This document shows positions 17,484 to 26,471 of a DNA stretch of 64,000 bases, piece by piece. A program made the position numbers and the translations under genes. The stretch covers positions 1,312,001-1,376,000 of the forward strand of contig CBDCOX010000002.1 of the NCBI GenBank assembly GCA_965219995.1. Direction: 5' to 3'. Positions within the stretch are counted from its first letter, which is position 1. Each line of letters opens with the position of its first letter. Origin of the DNA: Candidatus Latescibacterota bacterium (GTDB lineage: Bacteria; Latescibacterota; UBA2968; GCA-2709665). The notes below the pieces were generated by a model. That model had not been told where the DNA came from, did no database searches, and was given only the letters and a program-made list of their open reading frames with translations.

Positions 17484-18707
17484 ATGGCCCTGCATTACAT
17501 CAAACGCTCGCTGGAACCTGTCCTCAGGAGGGCGGCCGCCGAATTTCCGGCCGTCGTCCTGACCGGACCGCGGCAGTCCGGCAAAACGACACTGCTCCAG
17601 CGTCTCTTTGCCCGTCGGTACAAATACGTCTCTCTCGAGCCGCCGGACGTTCGCGCAGCTGCCGTCGAAGACCCGCGAGGGTTCCTGGAACTGTATCCGG
17701 CGCCGGTGATCTTCGACGAGGTACAATACGCACCCGACCTGCTCTTCTATATCAAGGAGAAGATCGACTCAAACCGGAGCCGAGCCGGTCAATACCTGTT
17801 AACCGGCTCCCATAATCTGCTGCTCGTCCAAAACATCACCGAGTCGCTGGCAGGTCGTGCTGCGATTCTCCGACTCTTGCCATTGTCCAGGCGTGAAGTC
17901 GATGGGCGTCCTCACGCTCCCCTCGCCTGGGAGCGCGAAAGCCACCCGTCCGCGAGACCGCGTGCCGGCTACGGTGCGTTGTGGCAGGAGTTCCTTCGCG
18001 GCGGCTATCCGGAACTTGCGGCCCAACCCGATCGGGATGTCTCGCTCTGGCACGCCAGCTACATTCAGACCTATCTGGAACGGGACGTTCGCAGTTTGCG
18101 GCAGGTAGGCGACCTCACACAGTATCAGAACTTCCTGCGGGTTCTGGCCGCCCGAAGCGCCCAGCTACTTCGGCTGACCGACGTGGCTCGCGACCTCGGG
18201 GTTGCAGTCAATACCGTCAAAGCCTGGCTGTCCGTACTTGAGGCCACCTATCAGGTAATCGTCCTGCGGCCCTACTTCGCGAACGTCGGGAAACGGCTCG
18301 TCAAAACCCCGAAAGTCTATTTCACGGACGTCGGCACGTTGTGCTACCTGGTCGGTCTCAAGGATCCGGAGCATGCGGCCTCCGGACCCATGGGCGGCGC
18401 TCTGCTTGAAACGGCCGTTCTGTCAGAAATCGTCCGGGCGTTGACCCACCGCGGGATCGATCCGCAGGTCTATTTCTGGCGAACTCTGGCGGGATTGGAA
18501 GTTGATTTCGTCGTTGATACAGGCGCCGGTCTCGTCCCCATCGAAGTGAAGTCGTCCGCGACGCCGCGCCCGGGCATGGCCAACGCCATCAGGATGTTCC
18601 AGGGCGACCTGAAAGGCGTTGCAAGACCGGGATACGTCGTCCATCCCGGCGACGTCCGTGTACCGCTTGGTCCGGCTGTAACCGCCCTGCCCTTCGCCGA
18701 CCTCTGA
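17484..18707 (+). CDS. AAA_14 ATPase with DUF4143 (wHTH + PD-(D/E)xK-like C-terminus)
   Basis: GPRQSGKT, IFDEVQ, LTGS, ESLAGR, GGYP, TYLERDV, KTPKVYFTDVG, EVDFVV...IEVKS. Confidence 0.93.
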   Translation: MALHYIKRSLEPVLRRAAAEFPAVVLTGPRQSGKTTLLQRLFARRYKYVSLEPPDVRAAAVEDPRGFLELYPAPVIFDEVQYAPDLLFYIKEKIDSNRSRAGQYLLTGSHNLLLVQNITESLAGRAAILRLLPLSRREVDGRPHAPLAWERESHPSARPRAGYGALWQEFLRGGYPELAAQPDRDVSLWHASYIQTYLERDVRSLRQVGDLTQYQNFLRVLAARSAQLLRLTDVARDLGVAVNTVKAWLSVLEATYQVIVLRPYFANVGKRLVKTPKVYFTDVGTLCYLVGLKDPEHAASGPMGGALLETAVLSEIVRALTHRGIDPQVYFWRTLAGLEVDFVVDTGAGLVPIEVKSSATPRPGMANAIRMFQGDLKGVARPGYVVHPGDVRVPLGPAVTALPFADL

Positions 18708-18739
18708 TGAGGCCTCGCCTTGGTTCCCCCGCCGGCCGT

Positions 18740-20254
18740 TCATCGATTCGCCGTTTTCGCAATGGTTTCCACGAACTCGAGCGCTTCCACGTCTTCGAAG
18801 CTTTTCTCGATGAGAGCGATCGCGTCGTTTCGCTTCCAGGTCTCCCAGTTCTTCCTGACAGCGCCACGCGCGTTTTCGACGAGTCTGTCCGGTTCCGGGT
18901 GAACGATTACAAACATCCGTCCTCCCTTGCCGTCGTACCAATCGATCAACTCACTGTTGACACCCCTGTCGTCAAAGCCGTAACCACAGACAACCATCGT
19001 GTTCGCCTGTCCAATGGTTGATCGAAAGCAATAACGGAGTTCGCGGAATATCCCGGATCCATGTTCAGGGACCGCGTTCGCCGGCCCGATCAGCAACACC
19101 CGCGGGCTGTGTTCCGCGTACACAAAGCTGCCTTCATCGCCAATGCGCAGAGGATAGAGATGATGCGGGACCCGTCTGATCCGCCCGTCGGTATAGCGGT
19201 ACCAGTCTACGGAACCTCGTAGCTTCAGAAACGGAATCGCAACATCCGCTGGGACGTTGCCGGTCCAGAGCGAAATGGCATCCTGCTGTGCCGAAAATCC
19301 ATCGACCAGTACTATCTCCCGGTCTCTCAGAAACGTCTCAACGTGCGTTTCGTGGCTCAGCGTCGCCAGACTGGTGACGTTGAAAACCTTACAGGCGTGT
19401 TCGATGGCGTTCAGATGCCGTACCCGATCCGGCGCAGGTTGATGTATCGCCAGGCTCTGTGAAACGACGTCCTCTATGTATTTGCACGTTTCCCTCATCA
19501 GGCCTTCCAGATCGAGGGAAACGGGCGTCTCGATCGGGCCGGCGCCACCCACGTTTGCCTCTGTCGCCATTGGGGCCGTAGACGACATCCCGGCTCTCAG
19601 GTCATTGACGAACCCGCGGACGGCCGGGTTATCCATTTCTTCCCTCGTTTCATCCAGAACCTCACGGGCGAGGAGACAAATGTCCTCGTAATCGACGTCT
19701 GTCCCCGCGTTCGCTGTCAGGTTCGACTCCGCCTCGGCGCCCAATCGTCCCGCCATACCCGCGGGAATCCTCACGGCTTCCGTACACGGTTCATTTCGGC
19801 CGCTGATGTAGAAACTCCCGTCACTGTGCCTGGTAACGCCGCGCCCGGAGACAACCAGACCGGTCAGTTCCCGTGTGGACGGATAGCCGGCCGCTGCCGA
19901 CGCGCCGGCGCCCAGAAGCACGGCGATGCCGGTATTCCGGTATACGCCTTGCCCTTCCCAAAGGGTCGGCTGAGGCTGATACCGCTCGACCTCGATCCGG
20001 TCTTCGTTTTCACGGGCCTGCAGGAGGTCGAATGCCGTCTGCCGGCGCAGCCAGTACTCCGCGTCGGACCATCCCGCTTTCTCGAGCCGGATGGCCATTT
20101 CCGGCGAGATGGCCGCGTGCCCGTTGAGTACCCGCGAAAGCGTGTGGCGCGCCACCCCCAGCACCCTCGCCGCGTCCGTGACGCTCAGACAGAGCGGGTC
20201 GAGCCAGTTCTCCACGATGCTCAATCCCGGATGGGGCAATTGTTCGATCGCCAT
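18740..20254 (-). CDS. HigA-family HTH antitoxin fused to a degenerate SIR2-like (SIR2_2) domain
   Basis: PHPG...[36 protein letters not shown]...[11 protein letters not shown], then [16 protein letters not shown] (for TxNxD), LKLRGSVDW (for LKLHGS), [16 protein letters not shown] before ATG 20254. Confidence 0.85.
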   Translation of the reverse strand: MAIEQLPHPGLSIVENWLDPLCLSVTDAARVLGVARHTLSRVLNGHAAISPEMAIRLEKAGWSDAEYWLRRQTAFDLLQARENEDRIEVERYQPQPTLWEGQGVYRNTGIAVLLGAGASAAAGYPSTRELTGLVVSGRGVTRHSDGSFYISGRNEPCTEAVRIPAGMAGRLGAEAESNLTANAGTDVDYEDICLLAREVLDETREEMDNPAVRGFVNDLRAGMSSTAPMATEANVGGAGPIETPVSLDLEGLMRETCKYIEDVVSQSLAIHQPAPDRVRHLNAIEHACKVFNVTSLATLSHETHVETFLRDREIVLVDGFSAQQDAISLWTGNVPADVAIPFLKLRGSVDWYRYTDGRIRRVPHHLYPLRIGDEGSFVYAEHSPRVLLIGPANAVPEHGSGIFRELRYCFRSTIGQANTMVVCGYGFDDRGVNSELIDWYDGKGGRMFVIVHPEPDRLVENARGAVRKNWETWKRNDAIALIEKSFEDVEALEFVETIAKTANR

Positions 20255-20560
20255 GCGGTCTCCCCCGGCTCGTGGCGGTCGAGCAGGTCGACGCCGTGCG
20301 CGCCGCTCACCCAAATATGATGAGAGTTCAATAGTCCATACTCAGGGAGGCAAATCAGAGATTGCCGTTGCTGCACCGGAAAACCCGAATGTATCGCGTA
20401 CCGGTACGCGGGTCAAGTAAAATCACATCCGCCCGGGCCGCAGGCACACAGTGGGAACTTCGATATCAAACGGGGACAAAAAAAACCGGCAGGCTGACGC
20501 TTGTGGGACTTCGGTACCTGATCGTTCGCCGTTTAAATTCGGGGCAGGCATTCGTGCAAT

Positions 20561-20953
20561 TTACAGTTGCGAAACGCCGTCGATCCGCGCTGCTTCTCTG
20601 TCGAAGGTGTAAAGCGGACCCGCTCCGGCGCGTTCGGCCGCCGCCAGGATCATCAGATCCGAGAATCCGCCGCCAGACGTACGGTACCGTATCGCCGCGC
20701 GAGCCACGTCTCCGGCCTCCTCGATGACGAGACCCTCCGTGGCCACGAGTTCCACAAGTATCTTCGCAATGCGGCCAGGCGAGAGGCCATAGGCCCGTTC
20801 CAGCACCCAGACGAGCTCGACGACCACCTCACGGCAGACGAAACCCGGTCGGTCGGCCGTGAGTGACTCCAGCAGCGCGCGGGCCCTCTCGGCCTGCTGC
20901 GCGTCGTCCCGCACCAGAAAGCGAACGAGCACATTGGTATCCAGGCCGATCAC
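20561..20953 (-). CDS. vapC: VapC PIN-domain toxin
   Basis: MIGLDTNVLVRFL..DD..Q, ELVWVL, FSDLMI, YTFD. Confidence 0.93.
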   Translation of the reverse strand: MIGLDTNVLVRFLVRDDAQQAERARALLESLTADRPGFVCREVVVELVWVLERAYGLSPGRIAKILVELVATEGLVIEEAGDVARAAIRYRTSGGGFSDLMILAAAERAGAGPLYTFDREAARIDGVSQL

Positions 20954-21183
20954 TCGTCCGCCGCACCGTCGGATACGGCCTTCTCCATCTCCTCGACGGT
21001 CAGGGCGGGACCTTGAACCCTCAGCACACCGAACAGCCGGCCGACGGGCTTCAGGGGCAGAAGGCGCACGTCGCCATCGGTGATGACGTACCGCAATCTG
21101 TCTCCCGTGTGTACGCCCAACGCCTCCCGAACGAACTTGGGAATTGTCGTCTGCCCCTTCGTGGTGATTGTAGATTCATACAT
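20950..21183 (-). CDS. AbrB/MazE-fold antitoxin (VapB)
   Basis: STITTKGQTTIPKFVREALGVHTGDRL; 4-nt overlap with vapC. Confidence 0.92.
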   Translation of the reverse strand: MYESTITTKGQTTIPKFVREALGVHTGDRLRYVITDGDVRLLPLKPVGRLFGVLRVQGPALTVEEMEKAVSDGAADE

Positions 21184-21203
21184 TACAATATCTCCTTTAC
21201 CCT

Positions 21204-21234
21204 GGAATATACAAATATTCCTTACAAATTACAA
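21204..21234 (-). promoter_or_regulatory. vapBC promoter with autoregulatory operator
   Basis: Minus strand TTGTAA-17nt-TATATT; palindrome GGAATAT-ACAA-ATATTCC (21204-21221) covers the -10; AAGGAG SD. Confidence 0.7.
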
Positions 21235-21487
21235 GCAAACAAGGTGAAATTCATCGTTCTCCGGATTTTCTCGATATCGTTACCACCAGAGCATTTCTTC
21301 CCGCACTTAAACCCTGCGTCGTTCTTCCCGAAATCAAGTGGACTCCGGCATCCAACGTCGCCTGGGAATCGCCCTCGTACTCGGAAGCGGAACTTCGGAC
21401 CTTTGGAGAATCAGACCGACCGTGCGGGTGACGCTGGCTAAGGAAACGATCGTTTCATGATCGCGTGCGTTGCGAAACGTCCGTTTC

Positions 21488-21797
21488 TTAACCTGAATTA
21501 TTCATGAAAACCGGTGGATGTTTTGTATAATGGGTTGGTTTTCAATAACATGAGTGGAGAAACTAACGAAATCCTTGATACGTCCAAAATCGAGTTGACC
21601 GGCGTGACGTTGGGGTGTCAGGCTGACGCGCAACATCGTGGTTTTGCGCCTATTGCGACAACGAACTTCAGTCACGGATTTTTCGTTTTTTTCGTGTGTT
21701 TCGTAGTTTCTGATGTTGGTTTTCTCGTGCACTTGGTTTTCATCCTGTCCATCCTGTCCATCCATGTTTGTTCCGTTTCATGAATGAATGGGGTTAA
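21488..21797. mobile_element. Putative MITE (310 bp, non-coding)
   Basis: Terminal inverted repeats TTAACCTGAATTATTCATGAAA / revcomp TTAACCCCATTCATTCATGAAA (18/22); lower GC; internal 9-nt periodic repeats. Confidence 0.55.
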
Positions 21798-21855
21798 CAG
21801 GGCTTTTTCGAATCCCTCGTCCTGGAATCGAAACACTCCAGGCGGCAAAAAGCGC

Positions 21856-21885
21856 GACCCCGACGGACGATCCCATCGGGGTCTT
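21856..21885. repeat. Palindromic dispersed repeat, copy 2 (may serve as coaE-operon terminator)
   Basis: 27/30 identical to 4696-4725; GACCCCGA...TCGGGGTC stem. Confidence 0.65.
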
Positions 21886-21963
21886 CAGGCGTCCCGGCAC
21901 CGGAGGACTGCGCATCCGGACCGATCAACGTCTGTCACCTGACTCTCTCCAAGTCTCACCGCT

Positions 21964-22560
21964 CTATGTCTCGATAATCTCCCGCCAGACCGCCATCGCC
22001 CGCGTTTCCAGATCGGATAACGATCCCGCGTTTTCGATCACGTAGTCCGCTGCCGCGACCTTTTCCGATTCCGGCAGCTGTGACGCCAGCCGGTCCCTGA
22101 CTTCTCCCTCGGACAGGCCCTTCCGTTCCATGGCCCGCTGAATCCGCACGGTTTCCGGCGCCGTGACCACCACCAGTGCGTCGCACAGCGCGCGATGGTC
22201 GCCCCATTCCAGGATCAGCGCCGCGTCGATCACGACCGGCCGGTCCGGACATGCGGAGCGCGACCGCACCGCTGCCTCCCGCAACCTCCTGCCGAGCGAC
22301 GGCCACACGATGGCGTTCAGCCGCTCCCGCGCACCCGGCGAAGCGAACGCGCGCCGGCCCAGTTCCCGGCGATTCAGGGCGCCGTGGACGTCCAGAATGT
22401 CGTTACCGAACGCCTGCGCCAGTCCCCGCAGGACCGCCGGGTCTTCCACCGCCTCCCTCCCCACCTCGTCCGCCTCGATCACCCGCGCGCCTTTCCTCGC
22501 GAAAACCTCGCATACGCGGCTCTTTCCCGCGCCGATCCCCCCGGTGACCCCAACGATCAC
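21964..22560 (-). CDS. coaE: Dephospho-CoA kinase
   Basis: IVGVTGGIGAGKS, LNRRELG, LNAIVWP, DAALILE, ADYVIEN. Confidence 0.96.
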   Translation of the reverse strand: MIVGVTGGIGAGKSRVCEVFARKGARVIEADEVGREAVEDPAVLRGLAQAFGNDILDVHGALNRRELGRRAFASPGARERLNAIVWPSLGRRLREAAVRSRSACPDRPVVIDAALILEWGDHRALCDALVVVTAPETVRIQRAMERKGLSEGEVRDRLASQLPESEKVAAADYVIENAGSLSDLETRAMAVWREIIET

Positions 22561-23501
22561 GACCGGTCTCCTGACCGCCGCACCTTCAGGCGCAGTCGCA
22601 ACGGCAACGCGTCTTCCGGTGACTCTTCATCCCAACCGTCGATAATTCGGCGGTTCCGGATCCGGACCGCGACAAATACGCCCAGAAGCAGGAACGTCAT
22701 ATAGATCCAGAGCGCTTCCGCCGATGTCAGCAGGGCCGTTGCGCTGAACCGCCCCTTTGCGTATTCCGCCCATTCCCGTTCAAACTTCCCGGGCGTGAGC
22801 CCGGTGACCCGATACAGTGCAACGTCGAACGAGACCCCGCTCCCGAGCGACCGGACGATCTGCGCCACGGCGTCGGGGCCGCCCAGATGGATCAGGTACA
22901 GAACGGCAAGCAGGCTCTCGGTATACGCCAGGCGCGCCCTGGAAGACGAAAAACCGAGGACGCCCTCGATTTCGCCCAGCGGAACCAGTCCGCCGGAAAA
23001 AATCGCGTAGGAGACCTCGGTGCTTTCCCGCAGCCGCCATTCCTGTGCGGCCCACATGGCCACACCCTCGTCGAACCAGCGCGGAATCCGCGCACGCGAC
23101 AGATGGTGCAGCAGAATATGGGAGAGTTCGTGCCGGGCCGTCTTCAGAACCTGTCCGCGCTGTCCCGGGAGAAGCCGCAGCACGGCGATCCGTTCGGCAG
23201 GGAACGCGCAACCCACTCCCCAGTGGGGAATACGTCCACGCGTGACGGCGTCGAACAACTGCTGGGAGCCCGCCACGTAGACGGTAACCGAAACATCCCG
23301 GCCTCCTCCCAGCTTTTCCGCGACCTCGGACCTCCCGTCGATCAGCTCATCCAGAAGGCCCCACGCCGCCTCGCGATCAATCTCCTGAAACCGCAGCGTC
23401 AGCCCTTCCCGTTCGAGTCGTTCCCAACCCTCGGCCGAAGCCGGCCGGCACAGCAGGCAGACCGCCCAGATCAACGGGCAGAACCGCCGCGCGGTCATCA
23501 T
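22557..23501 (-). CDS. Peptidase MA-like zinc metalloprotease, exported and membrane-anchored
   Basis: Signal peptide; RHELSH (HExxH); PRWFDEGVA; C-terminal TM helix. Confidence 0.85.
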   Translation of the reverse strand: MMTARRFCPLIWAVCLLCRPASAEGWERLEREGLTLRFQEIDREAAWGLLDELIDGRSEVAEKLGGGRDVSVTVYVAGSQQLFDAVTRGRIPHWGVGCAFPAERIAVLRLLPGQRGQVLKTARHELSHILLHHLSRARIPRWFDEGVAMWAAQEWRLRESTEVSYAIFSGGLVPLGEIEGVLGFSSSRARLAYTESLLAVLYLIHLGGPDAVAQIVRSLGSGVSFDVALYRVTGLTPGKFEREWAEYAKGRFSATALLTSAEALWIYMTFLLLGVFVAVRIRNRRIIDGWDEESPEDALPLRLRLKVRRSGDRS

Positions 23502-24358
23502 CGCTTCCTGTGACCCAGAAACTTGAAGAAGTCCGTGCGCAGCGGCAGCACAACCGTAGTCGTTCCCTCCGTGAGCGTCCGCTCGTAGGCCTCGAGCGTG
23601 CGCTGGAACTCGTAGAATCGCGGGTCTCTCTGGAACGCCTTTGCGTAAATCGCCAACGCCTCGGCGTCGCCCTGGCCCCGGATCAGCTGAGACTTCTGGA
23701 ACGCGTCGGACTTGATGCGCGTGACTTCAAGGTCGGTCTCCGCCCGGATCTTGAGGGCCGCCTCTTCGCCCTCTGCCCGATATTCCTTTGCCTGCCTGGC
23801 ACGCTCGGCCCGCATCCGGTCGAAGACGTTCTTCTTGTTCTCCTCGGGCAGGTCGGCACGTTTGATGCGAACGTCCACCACCTCCACGCCCAATTCCTCG
23901 GCGTCCTGGCGCGACCGCTCCGTGACCTTATCCATAATCTCCTTCCGATTGCCGGAGACGATTTCATCGAGCGTCCGGCGACCCAACTCCTCCCGCACGG
24001 CCGCGTAGATGATATCGTCCAGGCGGGACTGGGCGCCGCGCACCGTCTGCACGGACTTCAGAAATTTCAGGGGGTTGACGATACGCCACCTCGCGAAATT
24101 GTCAACGATCAGGTTCTTCTTGTCCAGCGTATAAATGGGCGCCGGATCCGCGTCGCTATACAGCAGACGGTCGTCGAAGGAGTGAAGCCGCTCGACAAAA
24201 GGCACTTTCCACTGCAGGCCGGGACTCTGGATGGTACGCCTGGGTTCTCCCAGCCGGGTCACCACCACCTGTTCGCGTTCGTCAACGGTGAACAGGACCG
24301 ACTCGACCAGCAGACCCGCCACCACGATGGCCACGATGGCCTTGATTATCGATTTCAT
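23498..24358 (-). CDS. hflC: FtsH modulator HflC
   Basis: PGLQWKVPF, DKKNLIVD, RIKRADLP, RMRAER, IRGQGDA, FYEFQRTLEAY. Confidence 0.96.
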   Translation of the reverse strand: MKSIIKAIVAIVVAGLLVESVLFTVDEREQVVVTRLGEPRRTIQSPGLQWKVPFVERLHSFDDRLLYSDADPAPIYTLDKKNLIVDNFARWRIVNPLKFLKSVQTVRGAQSRLDDIIYAAVREELGRRTLDEIVSGNRKEIMDKVTERSRQDAEELGVEVVDVRIKRADLPEENKKNVFDRMRAERARQAKEYRAEGEEAALKIRAETDLEVTRIKSDAFQKSQLIRGQGDAEALAIYAKAFQRDPRFYEFQRTLEAYERTLTEGTTTVVLPLRTDFFKFLGHRKR

Positions 24359-24360
24359 CC

Positions 24361-25362
24361 TCAGTTCCCCCCTGCTGTCGTCGGTCCAACGGGTTTCGGC
24401 GCGTTGGGCTGCAGATTCAGCAGATTCAGAAAACCGCTCCCCTTGCCGTCGGACTCGACCACGTATTTCTGGATGCCCGGCAGAATCTTTTCCATGGTTT
24501 CCAGGTAAAGCCTGACCTCGGTTACGTCCTTGGCCTTGCGATACTCAGTAAGGACTTCAAGAAAACGCTCCGCGTCGCCCTGGGACCGCTTGACGCGCTC
24601 GACCGTATACGCCTCTGCCTCCCGAATCATCTTCTCCGCCCCCCCCCGCGCCTTCGGGATGACCTCGTTCCGATAGGCTTCGGCCTCGTTGCGCAGCCGT
24701 TCCCGATCCTCGCGGGCGCTGGCGACGTCCTTGAACGCGTGATCCACCTCTCGCGGTACCGATACTGTCTGCAACTTTACGTTCTCCACATGCACCCCGA
24801 TGTCGTAGAGGTCGAACACCGCTTTGACCTGTTCCTCGATCTCGCTCTGGATCTTGAATTTGCCCTCGGTGAGCGCTTCGTCGATCGCCGAACGGCCAAC
24901 CACCTGGCGAAGCGCCGCTTCCACCACGCTCCGGACGGCGTGCACCTGGTCGGCGGCGTTGAACAGGTATTCTTCGATGTCGCTGATCCGATACTGGACG
25001 ATCAGTTCCACGTTCACGATATTTTCGTCGCCGGTGAGCATGGACGCCTCGCGGCTCACGTTCTGATATCGGGGTACCGGCTCGACGGCGATGGTACGGA
25101 ACCCGATCTCAACCCGCTTCACCTCGCTGACCTGCTCGATTTCCACCGACTCGACGGGCCACGGAAGATGGTAGTGGATGCCGGGCTCCTCCACGCCCAT
25201 GGATTTGCCGAACCGCAGTACCACCGCCTGTTCGGCCGGCTGTACGATGTAGATCCCGCTGAGCAGCCACAGCAGGACCAGAACGCCCAGCCCGTAATAG
25301 ACCAGCCGGGGGCTGAGGGACAGGTCGAAGCTCGGCCGACCCGGAAAATCGTATTGTTGCAT
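24361..25362 (-). CDS. hflK: FtsH modulator HflK
   Basis: VVLRFGK, PGIHYHLPWP, MLTGDENIV, AFKDV, EAEAY, RLYLETME. Confidence 0.96.
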   Translation of the reverse strand: MQQYDFPGRPSFDLSLSPRLVYYGLGVLVLLWLLSGIYIVQPAEQAVVLRFGKSMGVEEPGIHYHLPWPVESVEIEQVSEVKRVEIGFRTIAVEPVPRYQNVSREASMLTGDENIVNVELIVQYRISDIEEYLFNAADQVHAVRSVVEAALRQVVGRSAIDEALTEGKFKIQSEIEEQVKAVFDLYDIGVHVENVKLQTVSVPREVDHAFKDVASAREDRERLRNEAEAYRNEVIPKARGGAEKMIREAEAYTVERVKRSQGDAERFLEVLTEYRKAKDVTEVRLYLETMEKILPGIQKYVVESDGKGSGFLNLLNLQPNAPKPVGPTTAGGN

Positions 25363-25437
25363 AGGACAAACCCCTTGATGAAATGGCCTGCATCGGAATG
25401 CCGCCGGAACGTGAAGATTCGGCGGGCGAACCTTCCG

Positions 25438-26361
25438 TTACTCCAGATAATCGCCAATCCTGGCCATCTGTTCGATGCCTCGGAGACAGCACGTAACGCC
25501 CGCGACGCGATTGGCGAACCGGACGGCCGAGGGAACGCTGCGAGTCTTGAGGAACGACCACGTGAAGCCCATCAGGAACGCGTCGCCGCATCCGGTCTCG
25601 TCAACGGGAACGGCGGCGGCCTGCGCCGGATAATGTCGAACTTCAACGGCGCCCCGCGGATTTCTGGCGACCGAATCGGCCCCGTTTTCGCCGCGGGTTA
25701 TCAACAGCGCCGTCGGACCCAGGGACAGGACCCGCTCGCCGAATTTCCCGGCGGCCTCTTCGGTGTCCAGGGATCCGCCGGCCAGGAGTTCACCCTCGCG
25801 CTGGTTCAGCTGGACAACGTCCGCGCAGCCCAGCCACGCCTCCCAACGGGGCGGAACGCGGAAAAACCTGCGGCGCTTCTCGTCGATTCCCAGCGTAAGG
25901 CTGTGAACGTCCATCAGCACGAGACTGCTGGAGGCGCGCCGGAAGGCCTGCAGCGCCCGCAATTCAAGTTCCATGCCGGTGATGAAATTGACGCAGACCG
26001 CGTCGCAGCCCTTAAACGGCAGAAGCCGCTCGATCGTCAGCGCGGGTACGCCGCCCAGAAGCGTCTCCTGCTTCCGGTTACCGGAATCATACGTCAGGAA
26101 ACAGTGGGGATTCCATTGGGGCACGAACCGCACACCGTCCATCCGCACGGACGCCATCGAGCTCAGAAGACGCCGAACCGCGTCTTCTACGTCCCTGCCC
26201 ACGTTGCACACCGGAAATGTCGTGGCGGAACCCACCTCGGCCAGCGCCGCGATACTGTAAAGGATGCCGCCGTAACTTTCGGTGCGGGTCCCGTCTGGCG
26301 TACAGATCGTATCCCGGTTGATTGAACCGACCACCGCGATACGACGCGCGTTTCCGGACAT
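25438..26361 (-). CDS. PfkB-family carbohydrate kinase
   Basis: VVGSINRD, GG, QLNQREG, ITRGENG, VDETGCGDAF. Confidence 0.9.
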   Translation of the reverse strand: MSGNARRIAVVGSINRDTICTPDGTRTESYGGILYSIAALAEVGSATTFPVCNVGRDVEDAVRRLLSSMASVRMDGVRFVPQWNPHCFLTYDSGNRKQETLLGGVPALTIERLLPFKGCDAVCVNFITGMELELRALQAFRRASSSLVLMDVHSLTLGIDEKRRRFFRVPPRWEAWLGCADVVQLNQREGELLAGGSLDTEEAAGKFGERVLSLGPTALLITRGENGADSVARNPRGAVEVRHYPAQAAAVPVDETGCGDAFLMGFTWSFLKTRSVPSAVRFANRVAGVTCCLRGIEQMARIGDYLE

Positions 26362-26471
26362 CGCCCACCTCACCGGAGACAGTTTTTGAATCTACCACAA
26401 ATCCCGGTACGTGTCAACCCCAATCCCCCCTGATTGAACCGCCCGTTTACGCCGTCCCGGCGCCGGCGGCG

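Noticed and set aside
21502-21783. Two short opposite-strand ORFs (MDGQDGQDE..., ...ILSILSIHV)
   Set aside because: Translations of 9-nt repeats inside the putative MITE, not credible proteins.
24639-24647. C9/G9 homopolymer in hflK as a phase-variation site
   Set aside because: The frame is intact, it is a housekeeping gene, and such runs are plausible by chance at this GC.
24739-26325. 528-aa antisense ORF (similarly 52893-54608, 34112-35275, 31065-32381, 58611-59726)
   Set aside because: Antisense shadows of well-supported genes on the opposite strand.
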